Assembly: GCA_046290465.1 (NCBI GenBank)
Contig: JBKAGP010000001.1
Span: 4,480,001 to 4,544,000 of the forward strand
Reading direction: 5' to 3'
Source: Planctomycetota bacterium
Lineage (GTDB): Bacteria; Planctomycetota; UBA1135; UBA2386
DNA length: 64,000 bases
Below, in pieces: positions 48,649-57,428 of this stretch. A program made the position numbers and the translations under genes. Position 1 is the first letter of the stretch, and every line of letters starts with the position of its first letter. Below the pieces are notes generated by a model, which was not told the origin of the DNA, did not search any database, and worked only from the letters and a program-made list of their open reading frames with translations.

Positions 48649-51570
48649 CTACCGGATCCGGCCGTTGCCCCTCGCGGTCGAGCGGCGGTGCGGCGTCTGC
48701 TGCGGCGTCGACGGATCGAGGGCCCGGGCCGCCTCGGCCAGCTTCTTGCGCAGGTCGACGATCTCGCCGTTGCCGCTCAGCAGCATCGCGGCGAAGCCAC
48801 GCGCGCACTTCTCGGTCGTGCTCGCCTCTGCGTTCGGCCGCAGCATCTCGGCGCGCACGGCTTCGGCGGCGTCGATCCAGTCCTGGTCCGCCCAGACCCT
48901 GGCGCGGTCGGCGCACGGGCCGATCAGCTCGAGGACCTGCCTGCGAAACCTGTCGGGTCGGAAGCCACCGGGCTCCCGTGAGTGCACGTCGCGCAGCCGG
49001 CCGTGGTGCAGCGCCATCGCCGCGTCGAGCTCCTTGACGAGGATCGCCGGCAGGCCGTAGTCGCCGGTGCCCTCCGCCATCGGCGTGAGCTTCTCCCGCA
49101 TGCGCCGCAGCAGCGGTTCGCGCCGTTGCCGCGCGTCCCGGTGCTCGAACGCCGCCGACAGGATGCGCAGCGCCTGCTGCTCGAGTTCGAGCGGCGTCGC
49201 GTGGAAGACGGTGGAGCACGGTTGCACGTGGCGTGCATGGGCCAGCAGGTTCCAGGCGCGGCTGGCGGCCCGGTCGGCGTTGCCGGCCTCTGCCTGGATC
49301 CAGCCGTCCGCCGCGATCATGCGCGTCATCAGCGCGAGCCGTTCGGGGGCGAAGCCGCGCGCGCCGTCGTCGAACTGGCAGTGCTCGCGCGTGGTCGCCT
49401 GCGCAAACAGCTCGAGCGCGCGGACCGACGCGTCGACCGCCGGCTGCCAGTCGCGCGCACGCTCCGCGTCGAAGAACTGCGCGCAGCCGCCGCTCTGACG
49501 CAGCTGGCTCCGGTACTTCTTCGGCAGCTTCGCCGCCAATCCGGGTTCGCCGCGCGCCAGTTCTTCGAGCGCCAGCCGGTAGAGCCGGGCCGCGTTGTCG
49601 CGCGGATGGTGGCGCCGCAAATACTCGGTGTAGGTGGCGTCGGCGCGCTGCAGCCGTTGCAGTGCCGGCAGCAGCAGCTCGAACTGCGGGCGCACGAAGT
49701 AGGCGAGGTGGCACGCCCAGCACTCGACGCGGTCGGCCGCGGCCAGACCGTCGGCTTCGCGTTCTCCGGCGAGCAGCTTCCAGCGATCGAGGATCGGGGT
49801 GGTGCGCTCCTGCAAGCCCGCGATGGTGGCGTCGGCCGCCTGCGGCGTCAGCAGCTCGTCGACGAGTTCCTGGGCGCGCACCGGCACCTTCGGCATGTCG
49901 TCGGTGTAGTCGTCGCCCGCGATCGTGCACAGCCGCCGGGTATCGGCACGCACGACGCCGAGCGCGTCCACCAGCGAGCGTCGCCGCTGCCTGGCCTCGC
50001 CCGCGAGCACGTCGGCGCTGCGCGCGTAGCGGGTGCGCTGCAGCTCGGGCACGCGGGCGTGGCAGCGGCGCAGCAGCTCCAGCGCCGCGGCTTCGGCCTG
50101 CCAGGCGACGCGCACACCGGTCGCCGACGGGCACGCCTGCGCATGCTGCGCGTAGCGCATCAGCGCGGCAGCCGCCTCGATCGCCGCCTCCGGCCGACGT
50201 TCGCACTGCTGCAGCGCATCGGCCTCGAGCAGGCGCGCGACCATCTGCAGTTCGCCGCAGAGGTGCCACAGCTCGTAGAACGTCTCGTCGCCAGCGAGTT
50301 GCCAACGACACTCGGGGATGCGGGTCGCCGCGACGAAGCCGGCGCGCGCCGTCGCGGTCTCGAGCACCGCGGCGCGCCATGCTGCGTCGAGCAGGTCATC
50401 GCTTCGCGGCAGCCGTGCCGAACGTTCGGCGCTGCCGGCAAGCGCGGTGCGCAGGTCGCGAACGGCCTGCCGGTAGGTCGCAGGTGCCGGGTTCGGGCGC
50501 TGGTCCTGCTTCGTCGGCCGCTCGGCGGCTTCCTTCGGTAGCGCCGCGAGCAGCTTGCGCACACCGGATTCGAGCGCGGCCAGCTGAGCATGCTCCTCGG
50601 TCCACTCCTTCATGATGCCGGCCGGGTCGTGCGCTACCATCGTCGCCAGCGCCGCCGCCAGCGCCTCTCCGGATCCCGACTCGATCACGTTCGTGACGCG
50701 GGCCTTGCCGAACCTGGCCTTCAGCGAAGCCATGTAGGATCGGGTCGCGCGGCGGACGCGCTGCTGGTCGTCCGCGCCCGCCGTTCGCATCGGTTCGATG
50801 AAGTCGCCCAGCATCTCCAGGGCGCGGGCCTTGGCGGCCCGCAGCGCCGGCTGGTTCTGGTCCGCATCCTCGATGGTGCTGTCGAGAGTGGCACGCCAGT
50901 CGGCCATCGACAGGTCGGCGAACCGCGGCGGGCCCGGTCGGCGTGCACCGCGGCGGCGGATGGCCTCGACTAGCCGTTCGAGCGTCTTGCGGGGCAGGCC
51001 GCGATCGCGGTGGCGATCGAGCGTGACGGTTGCGATCTCGAGAGCGTCGCCCGCAAAGGCCATCGCGTACATCGACGGGAACAGGTGGCCCTGCGCGTCG
51101 AGGTGGGCGGCGTGCGCCAGCATCGTCATGCAGTCGGCGAGCGTGACCTCCGGGCGCGCCGCGAGGTTGGCCCATGCGTTGGCCTGGAGAAGCGTGCGCA
51201 TCCTGGCGAAGGCGGCGACGCGTTCGCGCACCTCGTCACCCCGTCGGCCGTCGGGCGCGGCGAACTCGCAATGCGGCAATGTCGTCGCCTGGGCGAACAG
51301 GCCGCGCGCGACGGCGGTCTTGCTCAGGATCTGCTGCCAATCCTCGCCCGCGTAGGCGTCTGGCCCAGGCTTGCGCACGGGCGGGCATTCGATGTCGCGG
51401 TCCCGGGTCACACCGAATGCCTCGCGCGCCTCGGCGAACGCTCGGCGATACAGCTCGGCGGCGTTCGGGCGCTGGTCCTGCGCGGCTGCCGGAGCGGCAA
51501 GCGTCGCGACTACGGCGAGGGCGGAGGCGGAGCCGGATAGGAATCGGGCGACCCTTGAGGTAGGAACCAC
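48649..51570 (-). CDS. Large secreted helical protein built of three homologous ~310-aa modules (start approximate)
   Basis: Signal APAAAQ; three NAAxxYxxA...FxxATxxxxCx(F/W) modules. Confidence 0.7.
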   Translation of the reverse strand: MVPTSRVARFLSGSASALAVVATLAAPAAAQDQRPNAAELYRRAFAEAREAFGVTRDRDIECPPVRKPGPDAYAGEDWQQILSKTAVARGLFAQATTLPHCEFAAPDGRRGDEVRERVAAFARMRTLLQANAWANLAARPEVTLADCMTMLAHAAHLDAQGHLFPSMYAMAFAGDALEIATVTLDRHRDRGLPRKTLERLVEAIRRRGARRPGPPRFADLSMADWRATLDSTIEDADQNQPALRAAKARALEMLGDFIEPMRTAGADDQQRVRRATRSYMASLKARFGKARVTNVIESGSGEALAAALATMVAHDPAGIMKEWTEEHAQLAALESGVRKLLAALPKEAAERPTKQDQRPNPAPATYRQAVRDLRTALAGSAERSARLPRSDDLLDAAWRAAVLETATARAGFVAATRIPECRWQLAGDETFYELWHLCGELQMVARLLEADALQQCERRPEAAIEAAAALMRYAQHAQACPSATGVRVAWQAEAAALELLRRCHARVPELQRTRYARSADVLAGEARQRRRSLVDALGVVRADTRRLCTIAGDDYTDDMPKVPVRAQELVDELLTPQAADATIAGLQERTTPILDRWKLLAGEREADGLAAADRVECWACHLAYFVRPQFELLLPALQRLQRADATYTEYLRRHHPRDNAARLYRLALEELARGEPGLAAKLPKKYRSQLRQSGGCAQFFDAERARDWQPAVDASVRALELFAQATTREHCQFDDGARGFAPERLALMTRMIAADGWIQAEAGNADRAASRAWNLLAHARHVQPCSTVFHATPLELEQQALRILSAAFEHRDARQRREPLLRRMREKLTPMAEGTGDYGLPAILVKELDAAMALHHGRLRDVHSREPGGFRPDRFRRQVLELIGPCADRARVWADQDWIDAAEAVRAEMLRPNAEASTTEKCARGFAAMLLSGNGEIVDLRKKLAEAARALDPSTPQQTPHRRSTARGNGRIR

Positions 51571-51622
51571 CCCGACCCGATGTTGGGGAGACGCGACGCT
51601 CCCCGGCGACCCTTCCTTCTTC

Positions 51623-53485
51623 ATGTGCGGCATCGTAGGCATCCGTAGGTTCGACGGCGCTCCCGTCGACGAGCAGCTCCTTCGCGACATGGCGAAGAAC
51701 CTGCACCACCGTGGCCCCGACGGGGATGGCTTCCAGATCATCGGGGGTCAGGTCGGATTCGGCCATACCCGCCTGTCGATCATCGACCTGGCCGGTTCGC
51801 CGCAGCCGATGACCTCGGCAAACGGCCCGGTACACCTCACCTACAACGGGGAGATCTTCAACTACCAGCCGCGCCGCGACGAACTGCTCGCGGCTGGCGT
51901 GCAGCTGCGCACGCACGGCGACACCGAGGTCCTGCTCGAGACGCTGCGTCGCGACAACCTGCGCGGGCTCGAGCGGCTCAACGGGCAGTTTGCGTTCGCG
52001 TTCTACGACGAGGACTCCGGCGAACTGCTGCTGGCGCGCGATCGCATCGGCATCCTGCCGCTCTACTACGCCGAGCGCGACGGCTTCGTCGCGTTCGCCA
52101 GCGAGATCAAGGCGCTGCTGCCGGCGCTCGAGGCGCCGCAGCTCGACGACGACGCGGTCGAGGACTACCTGACCTACCGTTCGGTGCCGCCGCCGAACAC
52201 GCTGTTCCGTGGCATCAAGAAGCTCGCCGCAGGCACCGCGATCCGCATCGGCCGCGACGGCAAGCTGCGCCACGAGACCTGGTGGAAGCTGCCGGACCAG
52301 CTGCCCGAACGCATGCTCGACGGCGACGAGGCGATGCAGGCGGTCGACCGGGCGCTCGAGCAGGCGGTGCAGCTGCGGCTGGTCGCCGACGTGCCGGTCG
52401 GCGCCTACCTCAGCGGCGGCCTCGACAGCAGCCTGACCGTCGCGCTGATGAAGAAGCTGCGCGACGGTGGCGAGGTCGAGACGTTTGCGGCGGGCTTCCA
52501 CGACCCGCGCTACGACGAGCTGCCGTACGCCAGGCAGGTCAGCGACGCGGTCGGTACCAGCCACCACGAGATCCACACGACCGCCGGCGACTTTCAGGAG
52601 CTTTGGTCGAAGCTGTCGTGGCATCGCGACGGCCCGATCAGCGAGCCGGCCGACGTCGCGATCTTCCGGATCGCCGAGTACGCGCGGCAGCACGTCAAGG
52701 TGCTGCTGTCCGGCGAGGGCAGCGACGAGCTGTTCGGCGGCTATCCCAAGTACGCCTACGATCCCAAGGTCGGCAAGCTCGCGGCGGTGCCGACGTTCTT
52801 GATGCGCGCCGGCGAGCGCATGCTGCCCGGCTCCAAGTTCCGTGCCCGCCAGGCGGCACGCGCGCTGACCGGACGTTCGACGGCCGAGCGGCTGCAGACG
52901 TGGTTCGCGCCGTTCACGTGGTACGAACGCAGGCAGCTACGCAGCGGCTACGGCGACGAGCGCACGCTCGGACAGTACGAACGCTGCCAGGGCGACCACC
53001 TGCGCAAGATGCTCTATGTCGACTGCCACACCTGGCTGGCCGACAACCTGCTCGAACGCGGCGATCGCATGTCGATGGCCGCGAGCATCGAGAACCGCCC
53101 GCCGTTCCTCGACCACGAGCTGGTGGAGCTGGCGTTCCGCGTCGACTCGTCGATGAAGGTGCGCGGCAAGAGCGGCAAGTGGATCGTCAAGGAGATCGCG
53201 CGCCGCCACCTGCCGGACAACATCATCGACCGCAAGAAGGTCGGCTTCCGGGTGCCGCTCGACGAGTGGTTCCGCGGTGGCCTGAAGGACTTCGTGCACG
53301 ACCTGCTGCTCGGCAAGGACGCGTTCGTCAGCAGCTACCTCGACCGCAAGACGATCGAGGGCCTGCTGCAGGACCACATGCGTCGGCGCCGCAACGAGGA
53401 GCTGCGGCTGTGGACGCTGATGGGGTTCGAGGTGTGGCACCGCACGTTCTTGCAGAAGCAGAACGGCGTCGCCTGTCCGGCGTGA
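51623..53485 (+). CDS. asnB: Asparagine synthase (glutamine-hydrolysing) family amidotransferase
   Basis: MCGI, HRGPD, RLSIIDL, YNGEIFN, LSGGLDSS, SGEGSDELFGGY, PFLD, KVGF. Confidence 0.95.
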   Translation: MCGIVGIRRFDGAPVDEQLLRDMAKNLHHRGPDGDGFQIIGGQVGFGHTRLSIIDLAGSPQPMTSANGPVHLTYNGEIFNYQPRRDELLAAGVQLRTHGDTEVLLETLRRDNLRGLERLNGQFAFAFYDEDSGELLLARDRIGILPLYYAERDGFVAFASEIKALLPALEAPQLDDDAVEDYLTYRSVPPPNTLFRGIKKLAAGTAIRIGRDGKLRHETWWKLPDQLPERMLDGDEAMQAVDRALEQAVQLRLVADVPVGAYLSGGLDSSLTVALMKKLRDGGEVETFAAGFHDPRYDELPYARQVSDAVGTSHHEIHTTAGDFQELWSKLSWHRDGPISEPADVAIFRIAEYARQHVKVLLSGEGSDELFGGYPKYAYDPKVGKLAAVPTFLMRAGERMLPGSKFRARQAARALTGRSTAERLQTWFAPFTWYERRQLRSGYGDERTLGQYERCQGDHLRKMLYVDCHTWLADNLLERGDRMSMAASIENRPPFLDHELVELAFRVDSSMKVRGKSGKWIVKEIARRHLPDNIIDRKKVGFRVPLDEWFRGGLKDFVHDLLLGKDAFVSSYLDRKTIEGLLQDHMRRRRNEELRLWTLMGFEVWHRTFLQKQNGVACPA

Positions 53486-53489
53486 GGGC

Positions 53490-53845
53490 TCAGGCCTCGC
53501 CGCGCGCCGGGTAGTCGTTCTGCAGGATCCAGTCGAGCGACTTGAGCAGCGTCTCGGTGTGCGGCCGCGCGAACGGCATCGTCTGCAGCGACGACGCGTA
53601 GAGCGTGCCGTCGGGCCGGATCACGAACAGGCCGGGCTCGACGAACTGCGCCGGCTCCTTGTCGTTGACGCCGTTGGAGACGTAGAGGCCCCAAGCACGC
53701 GCGGTCTCGATCGACAGGCCGTAGCCGAGCGGCACCTTCTTGTCGTGTCATTCGGTAGACGTGCGCTCGGCCAGCTCGCGGTCGTTGACGCTCAGCATGA
53801 CGACGTCGATGCCGCGGCTCTGGAACTCAGCGTAGAAGCGCTCGG
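53490..53845 (-). pseudogene. AhpC/TSA-family redoxin remnant (5' half missing, internal TGA)
   Basis: EFQSRGIDVVMLS..TE*HDKKVPLGYGLS..ARAWGLY..FVEPGLF..PFARP..YPARG; no CxxC region and no start codon. Confidence 0.8.
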
Positions 53846-53847
53846 AT

Positions 53848-53946
53848 CGGCCGATCGCGGTCGAATACGCGATCACCGAGATGGGTCGCTCGGCGCTGGT
53901 CGTGCTCGAGAAGCTCAAGGCGTGGACCGAGGTCCACGGCCTCTAG
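53848..53946 (+). pseudogene. HxlR-family regulator C-terminal remnant
   Basis: RPIAVEYAITEMGRSALVVLEKLKAW matches the HxlR C-terminal motif; no N-terminal HTH. Confidence 0.7.
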
Positions 53947-53952
53947 CCTGAC

Positions 53953-54420
53953 TCAGCGCACGCGCGTCCAGCGGTACTCGAGCCGCTGCCCGCCGGAGTC
54001 GTTGGCGTCGGCGGTCGCGCGCAGCTCGTCGCCCTCGGGCGACAGCTGGTAGTGGATGCGCTTGGGGAAGTCGTGGTCGTTGTTGACGAACGTCGCCGAG
54101 TTCTCGCCGTGCGAGGTCATCACGAACTCGGTCGCGTCGGCGCCGCGCGGCCGCGCCACGTAGACGAACGTGTCGCCGCGCTTCTCGATGCCGAGCAGTT
54201 CGAAGAACACCAGCTGGCCGCGCGCGATGGTGCGGTTCTGGCCGTACATCGTCAGCCCGTGCGGCGAAGTCCAGACCTCCAAGCTGCTGCCGCCGTCGTC
54301 GTCGAGCGAGCGCCAGGCGCCGGTCATGAAGGCGACCGGCTGCCACTCCGGGTCGGTGGGCGCCGCGGTGGTCTGGCACGCGGTCAGGAGCAGGAGGCCG
54401 AGCAGGGTCGTTCGCAGCAT
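53953..54420 (-). CDS. DUF6265-like lipoprotein
   Basis: Lipobox LTAC; GAW..EVW..FFE..YVARP..FVNNDHDFPKRIHY. Confidence 0.8.
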   Translation of the reverse strand: MLRTTLLGLLLLTACQTTAAPTDPEWQPVAFMTGAWRSLDDDGGSSLEVWTSPHGLTMYGQNRTIARGQLVFFELLGIEKRGDTFVYVARPRGADATEFVMTSHGENSATFVNNDHDFPKRIHYQLSPEGDELRATADANDSGGQRLEYRWTRVR

Positions 54421-54437
54421 CCGCGCAGCGTAGCCGC

Positions 54438-55391
54438 TCAGTCGGCCAGAGACAGACCCGGGACGCGCGTGGCGATCTCGGCGACGCGCGTGCGGCACTC
54501 GGTGGCGTCGCCGTCGGGGGCGACGGTCCGGAAGCGGTGCACCTTGGTGAAGCCGAACGGTGCTTCGGTGCCGGTCCAGCGGCGCAGCTCGGCCTCGACC
54601 AGGCGGACCAGTTCGTCGTCGTGCTCGGGCAGCTGGTCGAGCGCCGGCTCGGCGCGCACCAGCACGCGGTCGGGCATCGCGCGGTTGGCGAACACCTGGG
54701 TGCAGAAGATCAGCTCGGCGAGGCCTGCGTCGAGGGACGGGTGCGGCAGCACTCCGTAGCCCGTGAGTTCGGGGGCCTGCCTGGCGATGCCGCCGAACCA
54801 GACGAACGCGCGCGGCTCGGCGGTCGTGCGCGCGGCGACCTGCGACAGTTCCGGTTCGAACGGGTCGAGCATGCGGCAGGCATCGACCGGCGAGACTGCG
54901 AGCACGACCTCGGTGGTGGTGTGTTCGGTCGGCACCTCGCCGTCGAGCAGCAGCGCGAACCCGCCGTCGTCGCGCGGCGAGATCGACGTGACGCGGCGGC
55001 CGAGGTGCAGCGCTTCGCCGAGCTGGCGACGGTAGGCCTGCACGACGTCCTCGCAGCCGGTCGGGAACGAGCACGGCTCGGGCTCGACCCGCAGCGGCCT
55101 GCGTTCGCGGCCGTCGAACAGCCAGCCGGTGCGGCCGGAGTCGAGGGCCGTGACCACCCGCGGCCGCGCGACCAGCGGTTCGAGCCAGGCGTCGACCTCC
55201 TCTCGGGTGAACGCGAACGGGCCCAGCTCGCAGACGAAGCCGTTGCTGCGCTGGCTGCGCACGTCGTCGCCCGGATTGGCATCGGCCTCGACGCACAGGA
55301 TCCGCGCGTCGGGGCGATTGGCCATTGTGCGTAGGGCGGCGCGCATGCCGCGCAGGCCGCCGCCGACCACGATCACGTCGAACCCCGTCAT
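54438..55391 (-). CDS. Shortened protoporphyrinogen-oxidase (HemY)-like flavoprotein
   Basis: VVGGGLRG, NGFVCELGP, SFPTG, GYGVL, FANRAMP; only 317 aa. Confidence 0.7.
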   Translation of the reverse strand: MTGFDVIVVGGGLRGMRAALRTMANRPDARILCVEADANPGDDVRSQRSNGFVCELGPFAFTREEVDAWLEPLVARPRVVTALDSGRTGWLFDGRERRPLRVEPEPCSFPTGCEDVVQAYRRQLGEALHLGRRVTSISPRDDGGFALLLDGEVPTEHTTTEVVLAVSPVDACRMLDPFEPELSQVAARTTAEPRAFVWFGGIARQAPELTGYGVLPHPSLDAGLAELIFCTQVFANRAMPDRVLVRAEPALDQLPEHDDELVRLVEAELRRWTGTEAPFGFTKVHRFRTVAPDGDATECRTRVAEIATRVPGLSLAD

Positions 55392-55481
55392 GGCCGCCCA
55401 GCTAACTGGCGCGGGCACGAAAATGCGATCACAAGCCACTTTGCGCACGCGCGACGACGTTCCATGCTGGCAAGCCTCGCC

Positions 55482-57428
55482 ATGGCCGAACACAAGGCTC
55501 GCACGACCTGCAATCGGGACTGCCCCGATTCCTGCGCGATCGTCGCTACGATCATCGACGGTGTCGTCACGCGGCTCGAAGGCGACCGCGAGCATCCGGT
55601 CACCAAGGGCTTCCTGTGCTTCCGGACCAGCCGGTTCCCCGAGCTGGCCGCGTCGAGCCAGCGCATCGCCCAGCCGCAGATCCGGCGCAACGGTCGGCTC
55701 GAGCCGGCGACGTGGGAGGCGGCGCTGTCGCTGGTCGCCGACAAGCTGCGCATCGTGCGCGACGAGTCGGGCCCGGCCGCGATCTTCCACTATCGCTCGG
55801 GCGGTTCGCTCGGGATCCTGAAGCACCTGACCGACCTGTTCTTCGACCAGTTCGGTCCGTGCGCGACCAAGGTCGGCGACATCTGCTCGGGCGCCGGCGA
55901 GGCCGCGCAGCTGCACGACCTCGGCACCAGCGACAGCAACGACCTGTTCGACCTGCGCAACAGCAAGCACATCGTGTTGTGGGGCAAGAACCCCAAGGTC
56001 AGCAACGTGCACCTGGTGCCGGTGCTGCAGGACGCGCAGAAGCGCGGCGCCGAACTGATCTCGATCGACCCGCTGCACCACAAGTCGTCGTCGCTCGCCG
56101 ACGTGTCGCTGCAGCCGGCGCCGGGTCGTGACTTCGAACTCGCGATGGGCGTCGCGCGCTACCTGTTCGACGAGGACGCGGTGGTCGACGACGCGGCCGA
56201 CTTCTGCGACCACCTCGACGCGTTCCGGGCGCTCGCCGAACGCCGCAGCGTCGCCGAGTGGGCCGGTCTCGCCGGCCTCACCGAGCGCGACGTGCGCGAC
56301 CTCGGCGCGCGCTTCGCCGAAGGGCCGGCAGCGATCCTGGTCGGCTGGGGCATGCAGCGGCGCCAGCGCGGCGGCGCGATCGTGCGCGCGCTCGACGCGC
56401 TGGCGGCGATCAGCGGCAACCTGTTCCGTTCGGGCGGCGGCGTGTCGTTCTATTTCGCGCGACGCAAGCCGTTCCAGCCGTTCGGTCCGACCGTGAAGCA
56501 TCCGCGCACGATCCGCGAACCGCTGCTGGGCGAAGACGTGCTGGCCGCCAGGGAGCCGCCGGTGCGCGTCATGTGGGTCACCGCCGGCAACCCGGTGTCG
56601 ATGCTGCCGGACGCGCAGAAGGTCGCCGAGGCGTTCGAGCAGACCGAGTTCGTGGTCGTCGCCGACTGCCTGATGACCGACACCGCGCGGCGTGCCGACG
56701 TGGTGCTGCCGATCCCGACCCTGCTCGAGGACAGCGACCTGCTGGGCGCCTACGGCCATCACTGGATCAGCGAGTCGCGGCCGGTCGTGGCGGCGCCCGA
56801 CGGCGTTCGCCACGAGGTGCGCATCTTCCAGGACCTGGCGCGCCGGCTCGGGCTCGCCGACTATCCGCAGGACAGCGTCGACCAGCTCAAGCGTCAGGCG
56901 CTGTCGCTGATCGCCGGCCAGGGTGCGAGCCTCGACTCGCTGCGCCGCGACGGTGCGGTGCGCAGTCCGTTGGCGACGCCGCTGCTGTTCCCCGATCGCC
57001 GCGTGTTGACGCCCAACGGCCGCGTGCAGTTGATCGACCGCGAGCCCGACGAGGCCGTGCTCGCGACGCCCGACGCCGTCGACGGTGGCAGCGAGCCGCT
57101 GTGGTTGTTCTCGAACTCGACCGAGAAGAGCCAGGGCGCGCAGTGGGCCGGGCAGGGGCTCGGCGAACGCACGTGGGTGGTCGTGCATCCGGACGCCGCG
57201 CCGGGCATGGCCGCCGGGGACGTCGTGCGGGTCGTCAGTCCGCACGGCGAGATCGAGGCCGAACTGCGGCTCGACGACCAGCAGCGACGCGACGTCGCGA
57301 TCATGCCGAAGGGCGGCCACTTCGACCGCGGCCACAGCGCCAATGCGCTGATCGCGGCGCGGCCGACCGACCTCGGCCTCGGCGCCGCCTACCTCGACTG
57401 CTTCGTGCGGCTCGCGCCGAAGCGCTGA
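55482..57428 (+). CDS. Molybdopterin-dependent oxidoreductase
   Basis: TCNRDCPDSC..GFLC Fe-S motif, WGKNP, IDP, GWGMQR, TDTARRADVVLP, C-terminal molydop-binding domain. Confidence 0.92.
   Translation: MAEHKARTTCNRDCPDSCAIVATIIDGVVTRLEGDREHPVTKGFLCFRTSRFPELAASSQRIAQPQIRRNGRLEPATWEAALSLVADKLRIVRDESGPAAIFHYRSGGSLGILKHLTDLFFDQFGPCATKVGDICSGAGEAAQLHDLGTSDSNDLFDLRNSKHIVLWGKNPKVSNVHLVPVLQDAQKRGAELISIDPLHHKSSSLADVSLQPAPGRDFELAMGVARYLFDEDAVVDDAADFCDHLDAFRALAERRSVAEWAGLAGLTERDVRDLGARFAEGPAAILVGWGMQRRQRGGAIVRALDALAAISGNLFRSGGGVSFYFARRKPFQPFGPTVKHPRTIREPLLGEDVLAAREPPVRVMWVTAGNPVSMLPDAQKVAEAFEQTEFVVVADCLMTDTARRADVVLPIPTLLEDSDLLGAYGHHWISESRPVVAAPDGVRHEVRIFQDLARRLGLADYPQDSVDQLKRQALSLIAGQGASLDSLRRDGAVRSPLATPLLFPDRRVLTPNGRVQLIDREPDEAVLATPDAVDGGSEPLWLFSNSTEKSQGAQWAGQGLGERTWVVVHPDAAPGMAAGDVVRVVSPHGEIEAELRLDDQQRRDVAIMPKGGHFDRGHSANALIAARPTDLGLGAAYLDCFVRLAPKR

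Noticed and set aside
53748..53750. Second in-frame TGA in a redoxin, as possible Sec or UGA=Trp recoding
   Set aside because: It aligns with a Trp rather than a Cys, and the gene is 5'-truncated. Many genes here end in TGA with ATGA/GTGA overlaps, so the genetic code is standard.
55482..57428. Sec-containing formate dehydrogenase
   Set aside because: No in-frame TGA; the ligand position reads DICSGAG (Cys) and FDH-specific motifs are absent.
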